Source: Bugula neritina (Eukaryota > Animalia > Bryozoa). Taken from it: DNA of 64,000 nt. Within the stretch, counting starts at the first letter, position 1. Each line of letters begins with the position of its first letter. The stretch is taken from positions 7,450,581 through 7,514,580 of the forward strand of contig OZ037767.1 in assembly GCA_964035545.1 (NCBI GenBank). The letters are read 5' to 3'. Below the pieces are notes generated by a model. That model worked only from the letters and a program-made list of their open reading frames with translations. It had not been told where the DNA came from and ran no database searches. Positions 1 to 12,437 of this stretch are shown here, piece after piece. The position numbers were made by a program, and so were the translations under genes.

Positions 1-197
1 GGTGGAAATGGTAAGAAAAATCCTCCATGGTTAGTAAGTCAAGACATACGTAAACAATTTTCCAATGAATTTGTCTCCTTGTAGGGCAAATCTATACCTT
101 GCAGTTCACGCAGCCTTTAGTTCTCTCAGCTGCACTGCATGTTATACTATATGATGTATTGTGAGATGTCACGCAGTACACAGAATAGAGTACGTAC

Positions 198-3100
198 CAT
201 GGTAGCCTACAGGCAGATGTTTCCAGTTGGGCATCAGAGCATTCTCTGGTCCTCTGAACATAGTGCCAACATTAGTAGCATGCTCTATTGACGAGTAGAA
301 GTCTGTGTAGTCACCTGCAAAGTGCAAAATAAAACTATCTCACTGTCACACATCACGACACTCAAAACATGTATTACGATCAGAAAAAACAATTAAAAAT
401 AATGTAAATATAGAGACTGAAATTAAACTAAAACGGAAATGTTTTTAATACTTCCTTAAAAAATAAGTATTTATTCAAGCTAAAATATTTATGATCAACA
501 CACCAATGGAGGCTGGCAAATGCATGGTCACATCCTCAAGTGGAACTAAGGCAGAAGATCTCAACTTTTGGTCGTCTCTGAGTGTAGGATTGTCAACATT
601 CAATAAGGTTATAATAGTCTCTCTTGCTTCTTTCCATGCTCCTCGACTCAACGCCATAAAAGCATTGAGTGTCGGCTAAAACAGTTCACAATTACTTTGC
701 ATACAGCATCCATTTCATCTTTACAAATTGAAAACACAATGTACTAAACAACCTTAAATATCCTTCCCACTCCCAAATAAAAAAGCATCCCATGAATTGA
801 TTAGATCAAGCTAATTTTTAAGAAGACAATCTCTAATAAACTTAGACATTATGCGTAGTAAAAGTTGCGTATTTTGAATTCATATTTATAAATAAGTTGC
901 AGCTTTGATAAAAATGCAGACTAACATCAATTAGCTTACCTCAGAAAACACGGTTTGATGGGATGCCAACTGAGGCCCATTAAATAAATGACTGACTTTT
1001 GATAGGTCCAACACATGAGCTCCAACAGCTACTCCAATACGATGGCGAGTCTGCAATCACATATTTTGATGCTAAATATAAAGAAATAGTGAGATAATCA
1101 GCTGTAACATATGATTTTAAACAAAACTTACCTCTTCTTTTTTTCAAGTTTCAAGTAGTAGATGCTTAGCTGAGAATTTCACCATTGTACTTTAAATATG
1201 ATACCCAGCACTTATATTTTACTGTTAGATTTCACAACAACGCTGTCATCACTTAGTCTTAATACTTACTAGTATAAGTATTTCTATGAGTACGTACACC
1301 ATGTTCACAACATTATTGTTTGCCCCTGTTGGTTGTAACTTGTATCACTGTCACTAACCAAAACCGATGGGCAATGAATGACTAATAATTATAGTAATGC
1401 TAATACTAATAGTAATAACAACTGAAAGGTATAACTTAAACTGTTGAAGTCAAACAATTACTATTAAAAAAATAGTTATAGTAACTCCCTAATCAGTGAA
1501 TACTAATAGTAATAGTGATTGTTCAACCAATAGTAAATTACTATCAGTATAACTCTTAGAGTTACTGTTAGTGCATTGCTACTGGTGTAATACGGGGACG
1601 GAGCAATATTCCGAAGGTCCATTAGTCCGAAGGCCCATTAGTCCGAAGGCCCATTAGTCCGAAGGTCCATTAGTCCGAAAATTAGTAGACACATGATAGT
1701 AAAGAGCATCCTCACTGAGAATATCATTGATCATTCACTCACAATCTAGTTTAAGTTCTTGTTATGTTAATGCTATGTGGGTGGCATGCGTGTTGCCTAC
1801 TTGTGATTGTTTAGCCTGAGATTACACTATGACCAGAAAACAGCTGCCTCAATTAGGGCTGCATCATCTATCAACATTCCATTATGGCTGTTTTATAAAA
1901 AAAAGTACACAGCAGCAAGCTATTCACTAGCCTGTTAGCTAGCAAGCCTGTAATTAGTATGTACACATCAGTATCTTCTCATCTCTAAGTGTTCACTGAA
2001 GCATGAAGTGCTGCGCAATGATGATAACTTATGAAAAAAATTTACTAGCATTTAATTAGTATTACTTATTTTACAGCTAGTGTAAAAATGAAAGGGGACT
2101 GCAATTCTATTCCAGCTACAGTCAGTCACCTTATATAGGCCCTTAATGTTGACTATTTATAAACTGAGAAACTAAAGTAAAAACATGAAACCAGTAAAAT
2201 TAAAGCTAAGCAAACATTTTGTGTCTACTGTACTGTATTTATGACAAGCTTGGTAAAAATTTACCGGGCACCTCATAACTTATAAAAAAAGGTTGCATTT
2301 GAAGTTAGCGTCAAAAAAATAATGGTTTGTTTTAGAATTTTGCTATTGAATGTAATAGTAAATATCTGGCTTGGTAGTTATTTATTTGGTATCACATTCA
2401 ATCTCTTTAACCCTTTCATGCGCAGCGTCCACGTATGTGGACACTACTTTTTTCGTACCAAAACAGGTCAAATTTTAAGAATTCACACTTTTTAGTAGAT
2501 TACTCAGTATTTTTAAAGGGTTTTCCATGCTATCGACAAAAAAAATTGTGCACTTAGGTCAAGGTCAACTGATTGGAAGCAGATTTCGATTTGCTGTTTC
2601 ACTTACAAGCTTTTCTAGTTTTCCCTAGTACAATATTTTTGTTTTTCTGCCTGAAAATGTTTAGCTCAACTGCCATATTTTTATTTTGCTATCTCCACAA
2701 TCAGAACTAACCATTTTATGAAAGTTTTAGATGAAAAATTTCACAATGCTCACAAAAGAAGGCTTTTTATTGCTGTCCACATATGTGGACATCATGCAAC
2801 AATTGAAGTGCTAGACGTCCACATATGTGGACAGTATGCAACTAGTAGTGCATTCATTGTTGAATAAAAAGTGATTTTTACCAACTTTGAGTGTGTTGTT
2901 ACAGTCTTTAGTCATAATGCTGTTTGCATCGACTTTTTTTAAAAAAATTAATTTTGTCTCTACAAGTTCAAAATGGCTGAAATTATCAAAACAATAAAAT
3001 TTGTGGGCTTCCAAAGCAAATTTGGAAGCTGTTTTCTCTATTTTATTTAGAAATGACAAGAAAAGTTAGTTATAAACTTACTAAGCCACTTCTTTACTTT

Positions 3101-5120
3101 CCATTCACAATTTCTTTGGAATAAAACAAAAATTTGAGAGTTTTACTTGAATCGTCACTAACATTGCTACCTCAAAAAGAGACATGAAGGAAGAAAACTA
3201 GATAAAAGTGCCATATTGGTATTACATTGGCAAATATATCATATTTCTCACTATCCTGAAAAAGACTACATAAATTCTCAACCTCAGATGATCTAAGAGC
3301 ATCTAAAAACCAAAAATTGTGACTTTTTTGTGAAAAGACCTATATTTTGACTTTGCCTACTAATTTTTGTCTAAACAGTGATGTAACTGATATACTGTGA
3401 CTATCTCAACACAGTATACACACTTTAAGCACTAAATTTGGCGGGAAACTGAACAATTTACATACTGAACTTTTGCAGAATTGTTATTTTGTCCACATAT
3501 GTGGACAATGATATGACTCAATAAATGCATGGCGTCCACATACGTGGACAGTAATTTTTTTCGACATGTTTTAGATGAAAATTAAAAAAAGCTATAAATT
3601 TATGTTCAGAGACATGACATCAAATAAATTAGGCAAAAAAATTTGAAAATTTGCTGTTAAAAAATAATTCATGCATGAAAGGGTTAATTATCTGTAAGCT
3701 GCTAAGCTGCATTATTATATTAATTAGCCTAAATTATGCATATATCCATTTCAATTAAAATTATCTCTTTGTAATTAAAAATATCTTTAATTAGGGATAT
3801 CTGTAAAAATGCATTGAAGACTAAAAATTATAAACATCCTGGACACTACTCTAAAATCAAATAAACAAAGCTGCACACCATAATATACCAAACCAAACAA
3901 TTCCACAAGATACGCCGATAAGGGCAACCTTCTAGCTGTAACTGCCTGGCTGGGGCCACACTATTGGTATATAAGAATTCAGTCCATGCAGCCAAATAAA
4001 ACCTCACCTAATTGTGCTATAGAATCGAAATTTAAAAACCATGTTGTAGATCTTTCTGTTCCTCAAAGCAACTTTTTTGAAATTTTCAATAGCTTTTATA
4101 GATTTTCTATAAAATATAAGTGATTTAAACACTACAAATATGATTTTTTTTCCTAAGTTATCATCATTGCGCAGCACTTAATGCTTCAGTGAACACGTAG
4201 AGATGAAAAGATACTGATGTGTACATACTAATTACAGGCTTGCTAGCTGACAGGCTAGTGAATAGCTTGCTGTGTACTTTGTGTATAAAGCAGCCATAAT
4301 GGAATGTTGATAGATGATGCAGCCCTAATTGAGGCAGCTGTTTTCTGATCATAGTGCAATCTCAGGCTAAACAATCGCAAGTAGGCAACACGCATGCCAC
4401 CCACATAGCATTAACATAACAAGAACTTAAACTAGATTGTGAGTGAATGATCAATGATATTCTCAGTGAGGATGCTCTTTACTATCATGTGTCTACTAAT
4501 TTTCGGACTAATGGACCTTCGGACTAATGGACCTTCGGACTAATGGACCTTCGGACTAATGGACCTTCGGACTAATGGGCCTTCGGACTAATGGGCCTTC
4601 GGAATATTGACTAGTCACCGTGTAATACGTCTAGTTCTACAGCATTAAACTTACAGTTACTCTTAGTCTTACATGATTAGTATTCGAGTTTGTCTTTACA
4701 TTTAATCTACTGACATAAAAAATGAGTAATTAATTAGCCACAGTGACTGAGTGACATGTCTCGTGTGCGGTTTGACAATGACTGCGAGTGTCCTATCAAA
4801 CTCAAACTGAAACTTTTACACTTACAGTGAGTGTGACAACCTGAATGTTTGTCTTAACTTCAAATTGAAGTTTGAGAACAAACAGCAGGCAAAGTAAAAA
4901 TTTAAAAACTTAAAAGTACTTTAAGCCTTTAGCTTAGGCTTTAACTTTATCTTTTACTTTTAGTAAAACTACAAGTACCTGTGAAGTACAAGTTTAACTT
5001 AAAGTTTAAGCTTGAACATGAAGCTAATTTAGTAATTACCTCATAACCGGTCGAGAATACACCATATGGTAAATTTTCATAAGTAAATGGAGAATTTTTT
5101 GGAATCTCTACAAACGACAT
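198..5120 (-). CDS. FAH: Fumarylacetoacetase, 5' part (gene continues beyond window start)
   Basis: Exons 5040-5120 ([27 protein letters not shown]), 940-1050 ([19 protein letters not shown]...), 504-675 ([18 protein letters not shown]...MHLPASI) and 198-314 ([39 protein letters not shown]). All introns are GT-AG and in frame, and these are diagnostic FAH motifs. Confidence 0.97.
1380..1572. repeat. Period-6 TNA tract (FAH intron 1, distal part, displaced by the transposon insertion)
   Basis: e.g. TAAtaa TTAtag TAAtgc TAAtac TAAtag TAAtaa. This joins 4630-5035 once the 1594-4619 element is removed. Confidence 0.6.
1594..4619. mobile_element. Non-autonomous foldback/Mutator(MULE)-like DNA transposon in FAH intron 1
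   Basis: 9-bp TSD GTGTAATAC at 1585-1593 and 4620-4628. TIRs of about 450-475 bp (1594-~2041 and ~4143-4619) begin GG.GAC....CAATATTCCGAAGG. A 16-bp subterminal tandem unit CATTAGTCCGAAGGYC occurs x4 on the left and x6 on the right. No transposase ORF. The MULE/FB assignment is inferred from the 9-bp TSD and long modular TIRs. Confidence 0.9.
2411..3683. mobile_element. Non-autonomous piggyBac-type element nested in the foldback element
   Basis: TTAA at 2407-2410 and 3684-3687; terminal IR CCCTTTCATGC...GCATGAAAGGG; five copies of a 16-bp near-palindrome GTCCACRTAYGTGGAC at 2427, 2775, 2817, 3491 and 3534. Confidence 0.9.
4630..5035. repeat. Period-6 TNA tract (FAH intron 1, proximal part)
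   Basis: e.g. TTAaac TTAcag TTActc TTAgtc TTAcat (4646-4675) and TTAact TAAagt TTAagc. Confidence 0.6.
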
Positions 5121-5560
5121 GCTGTTTGTGTTACTTTTACTAGCAATATTATTATATCTGAATTTAAACCCAATGGCGGTTACTTCCACTTGCAAAAGGA
5201 GAATTGCAGACTGCGAATACGCGAACTCAACATAAATACGTTTAGTTTCGAACGGGATACGGTAGGTACCGGCTACGTAAACCGTTAAATATAGCTTAGA
5301 TGCTAAAAATATAAGCCACTTCGAGGCCAAATACAGATAGTATGAAGTCACGGAGTTGCCTTACGCTGTGCAAAGATCGAAGAGTAATAACTCTCTTGGC
5401 AGCACATAGTAACTTTTTCGAGGTACAACGCTACTAGCGCCAATTTTAACGGGACGTTACCAAGTGCAATGTGCATTCACCACTGAGGTCACTTGCAAGT
5501 TTACGGTTTTTAGTTACGGCAACAGTGGCTTCAAAAATTATAATAATACAAATAATTATA
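5121..5560. promoter_or_regulatory. Putative bidirectional promoter core, FAH / Sororin-like gene
   Basis: Locally CpG-rich segment upstream of the FAH ATG, with a YY1-like AATGGCGG near 5172 and period-6 tracts on both sides. TSSs cannot be determined from sequence alone. Confidence 0.5.
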
Positions 5561-5599
5561 TTACCATTACTATTAGCCACAACTGATGGTGATTACAAC

Positions 5600-6316
5600 C
5601 TACAAGGGCTAAACTGTAAATATTAATATACGTACTTATGCCTATAGTTATAGGAGTTGACTAGTTTTGGTTTTACTTTACTTTTACTTTTAGTTTATTT
5701 TAAGATAAAGATTAACAATCATTAAGATGATATTCTAACTCATATTGATATTCATATTCATTGATATTGAATTAGATTTGATTGATACTTGATAGTGATA
5801 CTGATACTCACTGATGGTGATAGTTATACTATAAGTATAAGGTTTAGTATAAGTATAAACATAAGTATCACTATCAGTATGACTAAGTTTAACTTATACT
5901 TATAGTTATAGTTATAGCCTATAGGTTATATTTATAACTTACCTAACAGTAACTATATCAATATGAATATGTTATAAGGCTAACACTAACAGTAAGTGTA
6001 ACTATAACTTATTACTCTTAGTCTTATAGTATAAGACTAAGAGTAATTATAAGATTAAGTATAGCATAACTATAAGTGATAAACATTAAGTTTAACTTTA
6101 AGTTTTGCTTAAAGTTTAACTAGTGAATGTAATAATTATAATATTTACTCGAACTCTTAGTCTTACAGTTACTCTTACTCTTAGTCTTGCACTTATACAG
6201 TGTAACTTACAGATATGAGTTAAATTTAGTGTTATACTTATATTGATAGTTATAGTAATAGTGATACTCATAAGTCATACTGATACTCTTACTGATACTC
6301 ATACTTATGCTGTAAT
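5600..6316. repeat. Period-6 TNA tract upstream of / in the 5' UTR intron of the Sororin-like gene (part 1)
   Basis: e.g. TGAtag TGAtac TGAtac TCA; TAAgta TAAaca TAAgta TCActa TCAgta TGActa; TTAtac TTAtag TTAtag TTAtag. Confidence 0.75.
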
Positions 6317-8701
6317 TGTAACGGCCAGCATGGCCCTTTTGCAACACATTCTGTTAGTGCAAATAAATAAAAACCCAAGTAATGAAAATGCATCCACAAA
6401 CTACTTATACCTAACTTGTCAACCTTATTCTCATTAACTTTTAACCATATTTGTTTTCCATAGCATTAGCACCTGTTTTGAACTGTGTTATGTTAGCCTA
6501 CACATCTTGTAAACTAATCAGTTTTTAACTAGCCATATAAATACTTGTAAGCTGCACATCATGCTTTGTTCTAGACTTGGCCTAGCCATGGTGGGTCAAG
6601 TGCTAGAGCCATGACTAGTGCAGCCGTTTTATAGAACTAGTAGAGCCAATCAGGTAATACAGTCATTCTTAATAATTACTAATATCTTTACATTTTAATA
6701 GAATATATGAAACCTTAATTGTTTGACAATAACTTGGTGACTTATTATACTACATCTTTGCATATTTTTACTAACATGTTGTTTTATACATAACTATTAT
6801 AGTTTTCACGTTGCCTTATGGCATCAGTGGAGACTTACGGCTCCAATAAAGTACCATCAACACCATAACATATAAACGGCCGCTACAGGGAAAACTGAAT
6901 CTACACCTTAATAAAAGATGGTATCAATGCTTCAACAGAAACTGAGGTCTCAAGTCTAAGTGGATGGAGTGTCACACCTATAAAATGACGGTGGGAGCTT
7001 AATGCTGGTGTGGAATAGAGGAAATCACAACAATTCTCAAGTTAGCTAGCCGAGAGGGTTCAGTGAGAGGTCTGTCGACACTGGAGCGGATGGTAGGACA
7101 GAATAAAAAAGATTCTGCTACTAGATCAACCAGCCAATAAATCCAGCAGTTGACTGGTGCTGGGATGATCCTGATACAAAAGAATTCAGCCAAGACTTCA
7201 GCAAGTTTACAGATGCTCGTTCTTGTGGAATTTTAGTGCTTGTTACTTTTCCTATCTCAAAGTTGACATTAACTCCAGCGTCAATCTAACATGGCAAGAA
7301 CTCTCTTGACACTAGCTTACCTTACGTTTCTTATCTATGTAAGTTAAAGTACAGTAATAAGTAACAGTAATATGACAATAGCTCAAATAAATGAAACTCT
7401 TAGCTCTCAAGTAGTGAAACTCTAATCTAAGACAGCAAGTGAAACTCTTCCCACTTGCTGCTGACAAGTGAAACTGTAACCTACATGAACTTTGATGATT
7501 GAAACTTGACTTTCCACTCTACATCAAGCTCTCACAACTTTAATCCAAGTCAGCACGTAATACTCAGATATGAAATGCTCCTACCCTTATGCACAGAGTA
7601 AATTCTCATTCACCACTTACGCCAAGCACAAACACACCAAACTTAAGTTAAACAACTCAACCCACAAATCACCCAAACCAGGCATGCCGTCTCCGGGAAG
7701 ACTGACCAACAGTCGAACGATAGCTAAACTATCAGCCTATACAGTCGTACCGAGCCAGCGCCAGTCAGCCAAGAGCCAGAGCAACAAAGCCAGAGCCAAG
7801 AGCCAGAGCCAGCAAGACTCCAGAGCGATAAGTTTAATTATATCTATGCTGTATAAGTTTTTACCCAATTGACACATTGTGATAAGTTTCAAGTGGGAAC
7901 AAATCGTATAAATTGAATATGAAATGCTAGTGCAGTCAAGTATGCAGCTTCAACTACAACTATGGGCTAAGGATGTCCAATCGTCATGGAATAGCTACTG
8001 ACTTACATCAAGCCAACTTTACATGTCAGCATTACAACACCAACTTCAACCAACAACTATATCATACATGTCAGGAAACATCATTTAATAGCCATTAGCT
8101 GGCCTTTGAGTTATAAAAAAACCAGAGGTTTTTGGTGGGAGTGTAACGGCCAGCATGGCCCTTTTGCAACACATTCTGTTAGTGCAAATAAATAAAAACC
8201 CAAGTAATGAAAATGCATCCACAAACTACTTGTCAACCTTATTCTCATTAACTTTTAACCACATTTGTTTTCCATAGTATGAGCACCTGTTTTGAACTGT
8301 GTTATGTTAGCCTACACATCTTGTAAACTAATCAGCTTTTAACTAGCCATATAAATACTTGTAAGCTGCACATCATGCTTTGTTCTAGACTTGGCCTAGC
8401 CATGGTGGGTCAAGTGCTAGAGCTATGACTAGTGCAGCCATTTTATAGAACTAGTAGAGCCAATCAGGTAATACAGTTATTCTTAATAATTACTAATATC
8501 TTTACATTTTAATAGAATATGAAACCTTAATTGTTTGACAATAACTTGGTGACTTATTATACTACATCTTTGCATATTTTTACTAACATGTTGTTTTAAA
8601 TACATTACTATTATAGTTTTCACGTTGCCTTATGGCATCAATGGAGACTTACGGCTCCAATGAAGTACCATCAACACCAAAACCTATAAACGGCCGTATC
8701 A
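6317..8701 (+). mobile_element. Non-autonomous LTR retroelement (TRIM/LARD-like)
   Basis: LTR1 6317-6887 and LTR2 8142-8701 are both TG...CA with short inverted ends (TGTAACGGCC...GGCCG). 5-bp TSD GTAAT at 6312-6316 and 8702-8706. Purine-rich GGTGGGAG lies just 5' of LTR2, and AATAAA lies near the end of LTR1. The 1.25-kb interior has no recognisable gag/pol. The LTRs differ by scattered substitutions and an 11-bp indel. Confidence 0.92.
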
Positions 8702-9115
8702 GTAATTGTATCACTATTAGTATTACTATTACTAATAGTAATACTTATAGGAGAGTTATGCTCTTAGTATTACTATTAGTATAAGACTATAACTAGTGCC
8801 GATACATGAACTTAAAGTATCAGCTTTAAGTGAACATGAACATGAACATGATGGTGAATTCGAATATGAATGTCAATATCAATATGAACATGAACATTTA
8901 CATAGCACATGACAGCAATTACTCATAATTACACTCAGGCATTTTTACTTTATTCATTACTGATTACATTTTGATTTAGTGTTACTTTAAGTTTTAATTT
9001 AACTTTAAGTGTCACTAATTAGTAATTACTAATCACTTTTAATTCTAGTTAGTTTAATCATTATCATTATCATGGTCATTACTAATTATTCATAGCCATA
9101 CTCAATACTCAAAAG
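8702..9115. repeat. Period-6 TNA tract (part 2, split from 5600-6316 by the LTR element)
   Basis: 8831-8896: TGAaca TGAaca TGAaca TGAtgg TGAatt cGAata TGAatg TCAata TCAata TGAaca TGAaca. Confidence 0.75.
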
Positions 9116-9199
9116 TAGTTGAAAACATATAACATAAAATAAGTGTGTATTACATGTCTTTTAACAATGTGACTACTGATGATTTCTTTAGATTTCACA

Positions 9200-11858
9200 A
9201 TGTCTAATTCTACTGACACCAGCAGTGATTTGGAAAACATAAATCCTAGAAGGCGCAGATCTCTAAGGTGTAAGAAGGCTATAACTGGTAATAAGAAGGT
9301 AAAACCTTGTTTCAGATGTTCCTTGAGTTTGATTTAAAACCATTATTTTTACAGCTCTGTTAAAATGCTAAGGCTGCAATTTTTAACGTGGGTTACTGAG
9401 TTTTTGCTATTTAGTTTTTTCATTCTGAAGTTTCTGAACTCATTTTTTCATACTTTTAAAATTTTGGTTTGTTGTTCGTGTAATGGATCTTAGAATATTA
9501 AGTCCACGAATTTGCTCATAGTCATTGGGTTTCAGTTTTAATTGATTCATCTTGTTGTATGTAAAGTAATCCGTTAGGAAAACTGACATATCAAATAGAC
9601 TTTTTCTATGCATGTAATACTCAATTTATAATTAGTTTGCTAAGTTTGCTGCTCCGACCATGTAATAGATGATGAATATTATAATAACTTGTCTTTGCTC
9701 TCTAGGTAAGTGACGTGTATGATGCTGACTCAGAGCCCAGCTCTGCATACGACAGCAGTCCTGGAACACACTTGTCCTCTTCTAAAAAGACCTGCAGACC
9801 TCGAATTGATGTTAGCAGAAGTTCTGTTGATGAATATATATTTTCAGAGGGAGAAGAATCTGTCGGCTTTGTGAAAAAGAAAACTAAGAGGTATAAACTG
9901 ATTGGGATAATCTTAAATTAAAAAAGCCACTGCAAGTTCTCACCTTGCTATATTAGTAGAGTCTGTAAGCATGTTTTATTGTGTTCTTTTAATGGACTAC
10001 ATGATGTTCAATTTGGTTAAGATTTGCTGCTTACGTTATTTAGAGTGTGTTGTAGAAATTTCTCTGTTGTAGAAAGCGTACTAGGGAAAAGATCCTCAAA
10101 GAATCAAATCATAGTGATACGGAGTCGCCATCTTTTAAAGCACCTAAAATAATGTGCCAATCCACACCTTGGTTGAGTTCTAATTTAAAGAAAGGAAACA
10201 CATCAGCAAATTCTGCATCTTCAGCACAACTTCGAGTCTCTTTCAGTGACGAGTCATTCAGTGATATACAAAGGTAAGCACTCTAACCTATATTATATTA
10301 TATTCATTTAAGTAAATTGATAGCGTACAAATGGAATGCTTGATCTGATTTCACTGATTATGACCGACACCATGTGCTAAATGTGTTATTATAAAAGTGT
10401 CAGACAATTAAGCAGTTAAGATAAAATATCTAATTTTAGTTCAACCTGTTATCAATAAAGGGAAATATATTTGCTTTTTTGTGACCACATATTACATGGT
10501 CTTTATTGATACAAGCAGACCAAGATGTTACCGTATTCTTTTTGGAAACAAGTTGGCAACAGCATTCCCGATATTTGAAAACTGAATCAGTGAATACATA
10601 TGAGCATGGTGCATTATTGGAAGTTGAATTATCATGGCAGACATCGGACACCTGCTGTCTATTATGATGCTTGCTTCAGGTTCCGTCGATCACACAAGGA
10701 GTCTCCGAAGTTCAACAAGCAAACAGTTGGAATAAACACCTCCACCCCATCAGTTGCTAAGCCTTTTCCATTGCATGGTAATCCGACTATGAGCACATTT
10801 ACTGACTTTTTTGTTGTAGACACTAGTTTTGCGAAGTATGGTTACAGTTACCGTAATGTTACAGTATGTGTACCATATACTACATGTACTGTAGCTGTAA
10901 TGTGGTGAAGTGTTCACTGTTTCACATGGTTTTAGCCAACTACTCTACAATGTGTTTGTATACAGTGCTATGTATTGTCTACCATAAAATATACACATAA
11001 GGTTATTCGTTTGTAAAACTTCGAACTATTTGTTGTTATAGCTCAGTGTAGTTTTAAAGCTACTCCAAAAGCAATGTTCTATTTTAGATAAGAAACTTTC
11101 TATGACCCCCAAAGTATCTCTTCTGCGCTTGTCCGACATAGCATCGCCTATACTCGCACATCAGGAGATTCATGTAAAGGAACATTTCCATAGCCCCCAA
11201 ACTGCAGAAAGTGGTAGCCCTATGAGCTCGGGCTATGGTTCTCTGGTAAAGTCACTCACAGATACAAGACATGATGTTTCAGGTAGTGTATAAGTACATT
11301 AATTTACGGACAATGTACATTCACCTCCACTATTTATTTTGCAAAATCCTGTTTTTGGTGCTATGTTCATCCAGTTTCACGTTTATTGTGTAGGCTTTTT
11401 CATTGTAAATTAATTGTTGTTTACCGCAAATAGATTGAACCTTTTTACTTTGAGAAGATGGTAACACAAATTTAGGTTTTTTGGAAATGTTTTGAACTTT
11501 TCGTATGTTGTTAATCTGATGAAATATTTTTTTGTTGTGTGATAGGGAATAAAGAAAAACATGCTTCACATGAAATGAGTGTTTCTTCCCCAGCACCCAC
11601 TTTCAAGTCAGCTAAAAGTATTAAATTGCAGCGAAAACAGGCAGTAAGTTTGCTATTATATCATAATTGCTGAGTAACTCTGGAAATGATGTTTGATATA
11701 TACATGCTCTCTATTTTTCTTTGTCTTGAAAAATTGACATCCCGAATGGTACGTTGAAATAGTCATTTCCTTTGCAGATGCAAAGGTTAAAGGATAGAGA
11801 AGAAAAATATTTAGCAGAAATCGAAGAATTAAAGGACTTTGATCTAATCATTCAATAG
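9200..11858 (+). CDS. Sororin (CDCA5/Dalmatian)-like protein, 302 aa
   Basis: Seven in-frame GT-AG exons: 9200-9298, 9706-9890, 10073-10273, 10680-10777, 11088-11282, 11594-11643 and 11778-11858 (909 nt). The protein is Ser/Lys/Arg-rich and low-complexity with many SP/TP sites. It ends ...EEKYLAEIEELKDFDLIIQ*, resembling the Sororin C-terminal motif (human ...EFEAAEQFDLLVE*). The gene model is solid; the family call is an inference. Confidence 0.65.
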
Positions 11859-12437
11859 TTTTCTGGTTGTTTTATGATTAGTTTTCTCTTTACCTTGTCA
11901 ACAAGTAGTACATATGCTTGATAGTTTGCCGTTTACAATATCTCATATTTATGCTGAAAAATAAAAAAAGACTTTGTGCATATTCTTCATTCAGTAAATT
12001 ACTCTTGTACAATTCCTTTTTGTTCAAATATGAAAAATTGTTATAATTAATTAATGGCTTTGTAAATAGTTTCACATATATTATTTCAACTAATGTACTA
12101 TTATTTCAGATGTACATTGTGCAAATATTCTATAATTGTATTTATGAGTTGATTTTATTTTTCTGATGCTTGTTATCAAGTTATTTAAACACAAAACTGC
12201 TACAAGTTCAACTTGTACCAAAGTAAAATTCAGTAATAAACATCCTCTTTGGTATATCATTTCATTTCCAGGCTTACTGTGTGAAGAATGTAGGTTTTCC
12301 TCAAGTAAAATTTTGCATGCTTTTTGCTGTGGGTAAATATTCTGATGATCTAAGGATACACACTTAATTTTGAATTATTTTTAATGAAAAATGTTAGCAG
12401 TTGAAGTGCTGTTCCAGAGGTAACAATAACCATTAAT

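Noticed and set aside
1611-1680. Regular 16-bp repeats resembling a CRISPR array (also 4501-4600)
   Set aside because: No unique spacers, eukaryotic context, and they are part of transposon TIRs.
4947-5351. 134-aa ORF implying an N-terminally extended FAH (likewise the ATG at 41343 for WDR36)
   Set aside because: Homology begins at ATG 5120. For WDR36, an acceptor at 41386 places 41343 in the intron.
6243-6437. Short ORFs with alternating residues (also 21155-21412 and 40712-40981)
   Set aside because: By-products of the period-6 TNA tracts; they have no splice context or protein features.
7570-7872. 100-aa ORF inside the LTR element as a possible gag
   Set aside because: Low-complexity S/Q/K sequence from short repeats, with no zinc knuckle or capsid motif.
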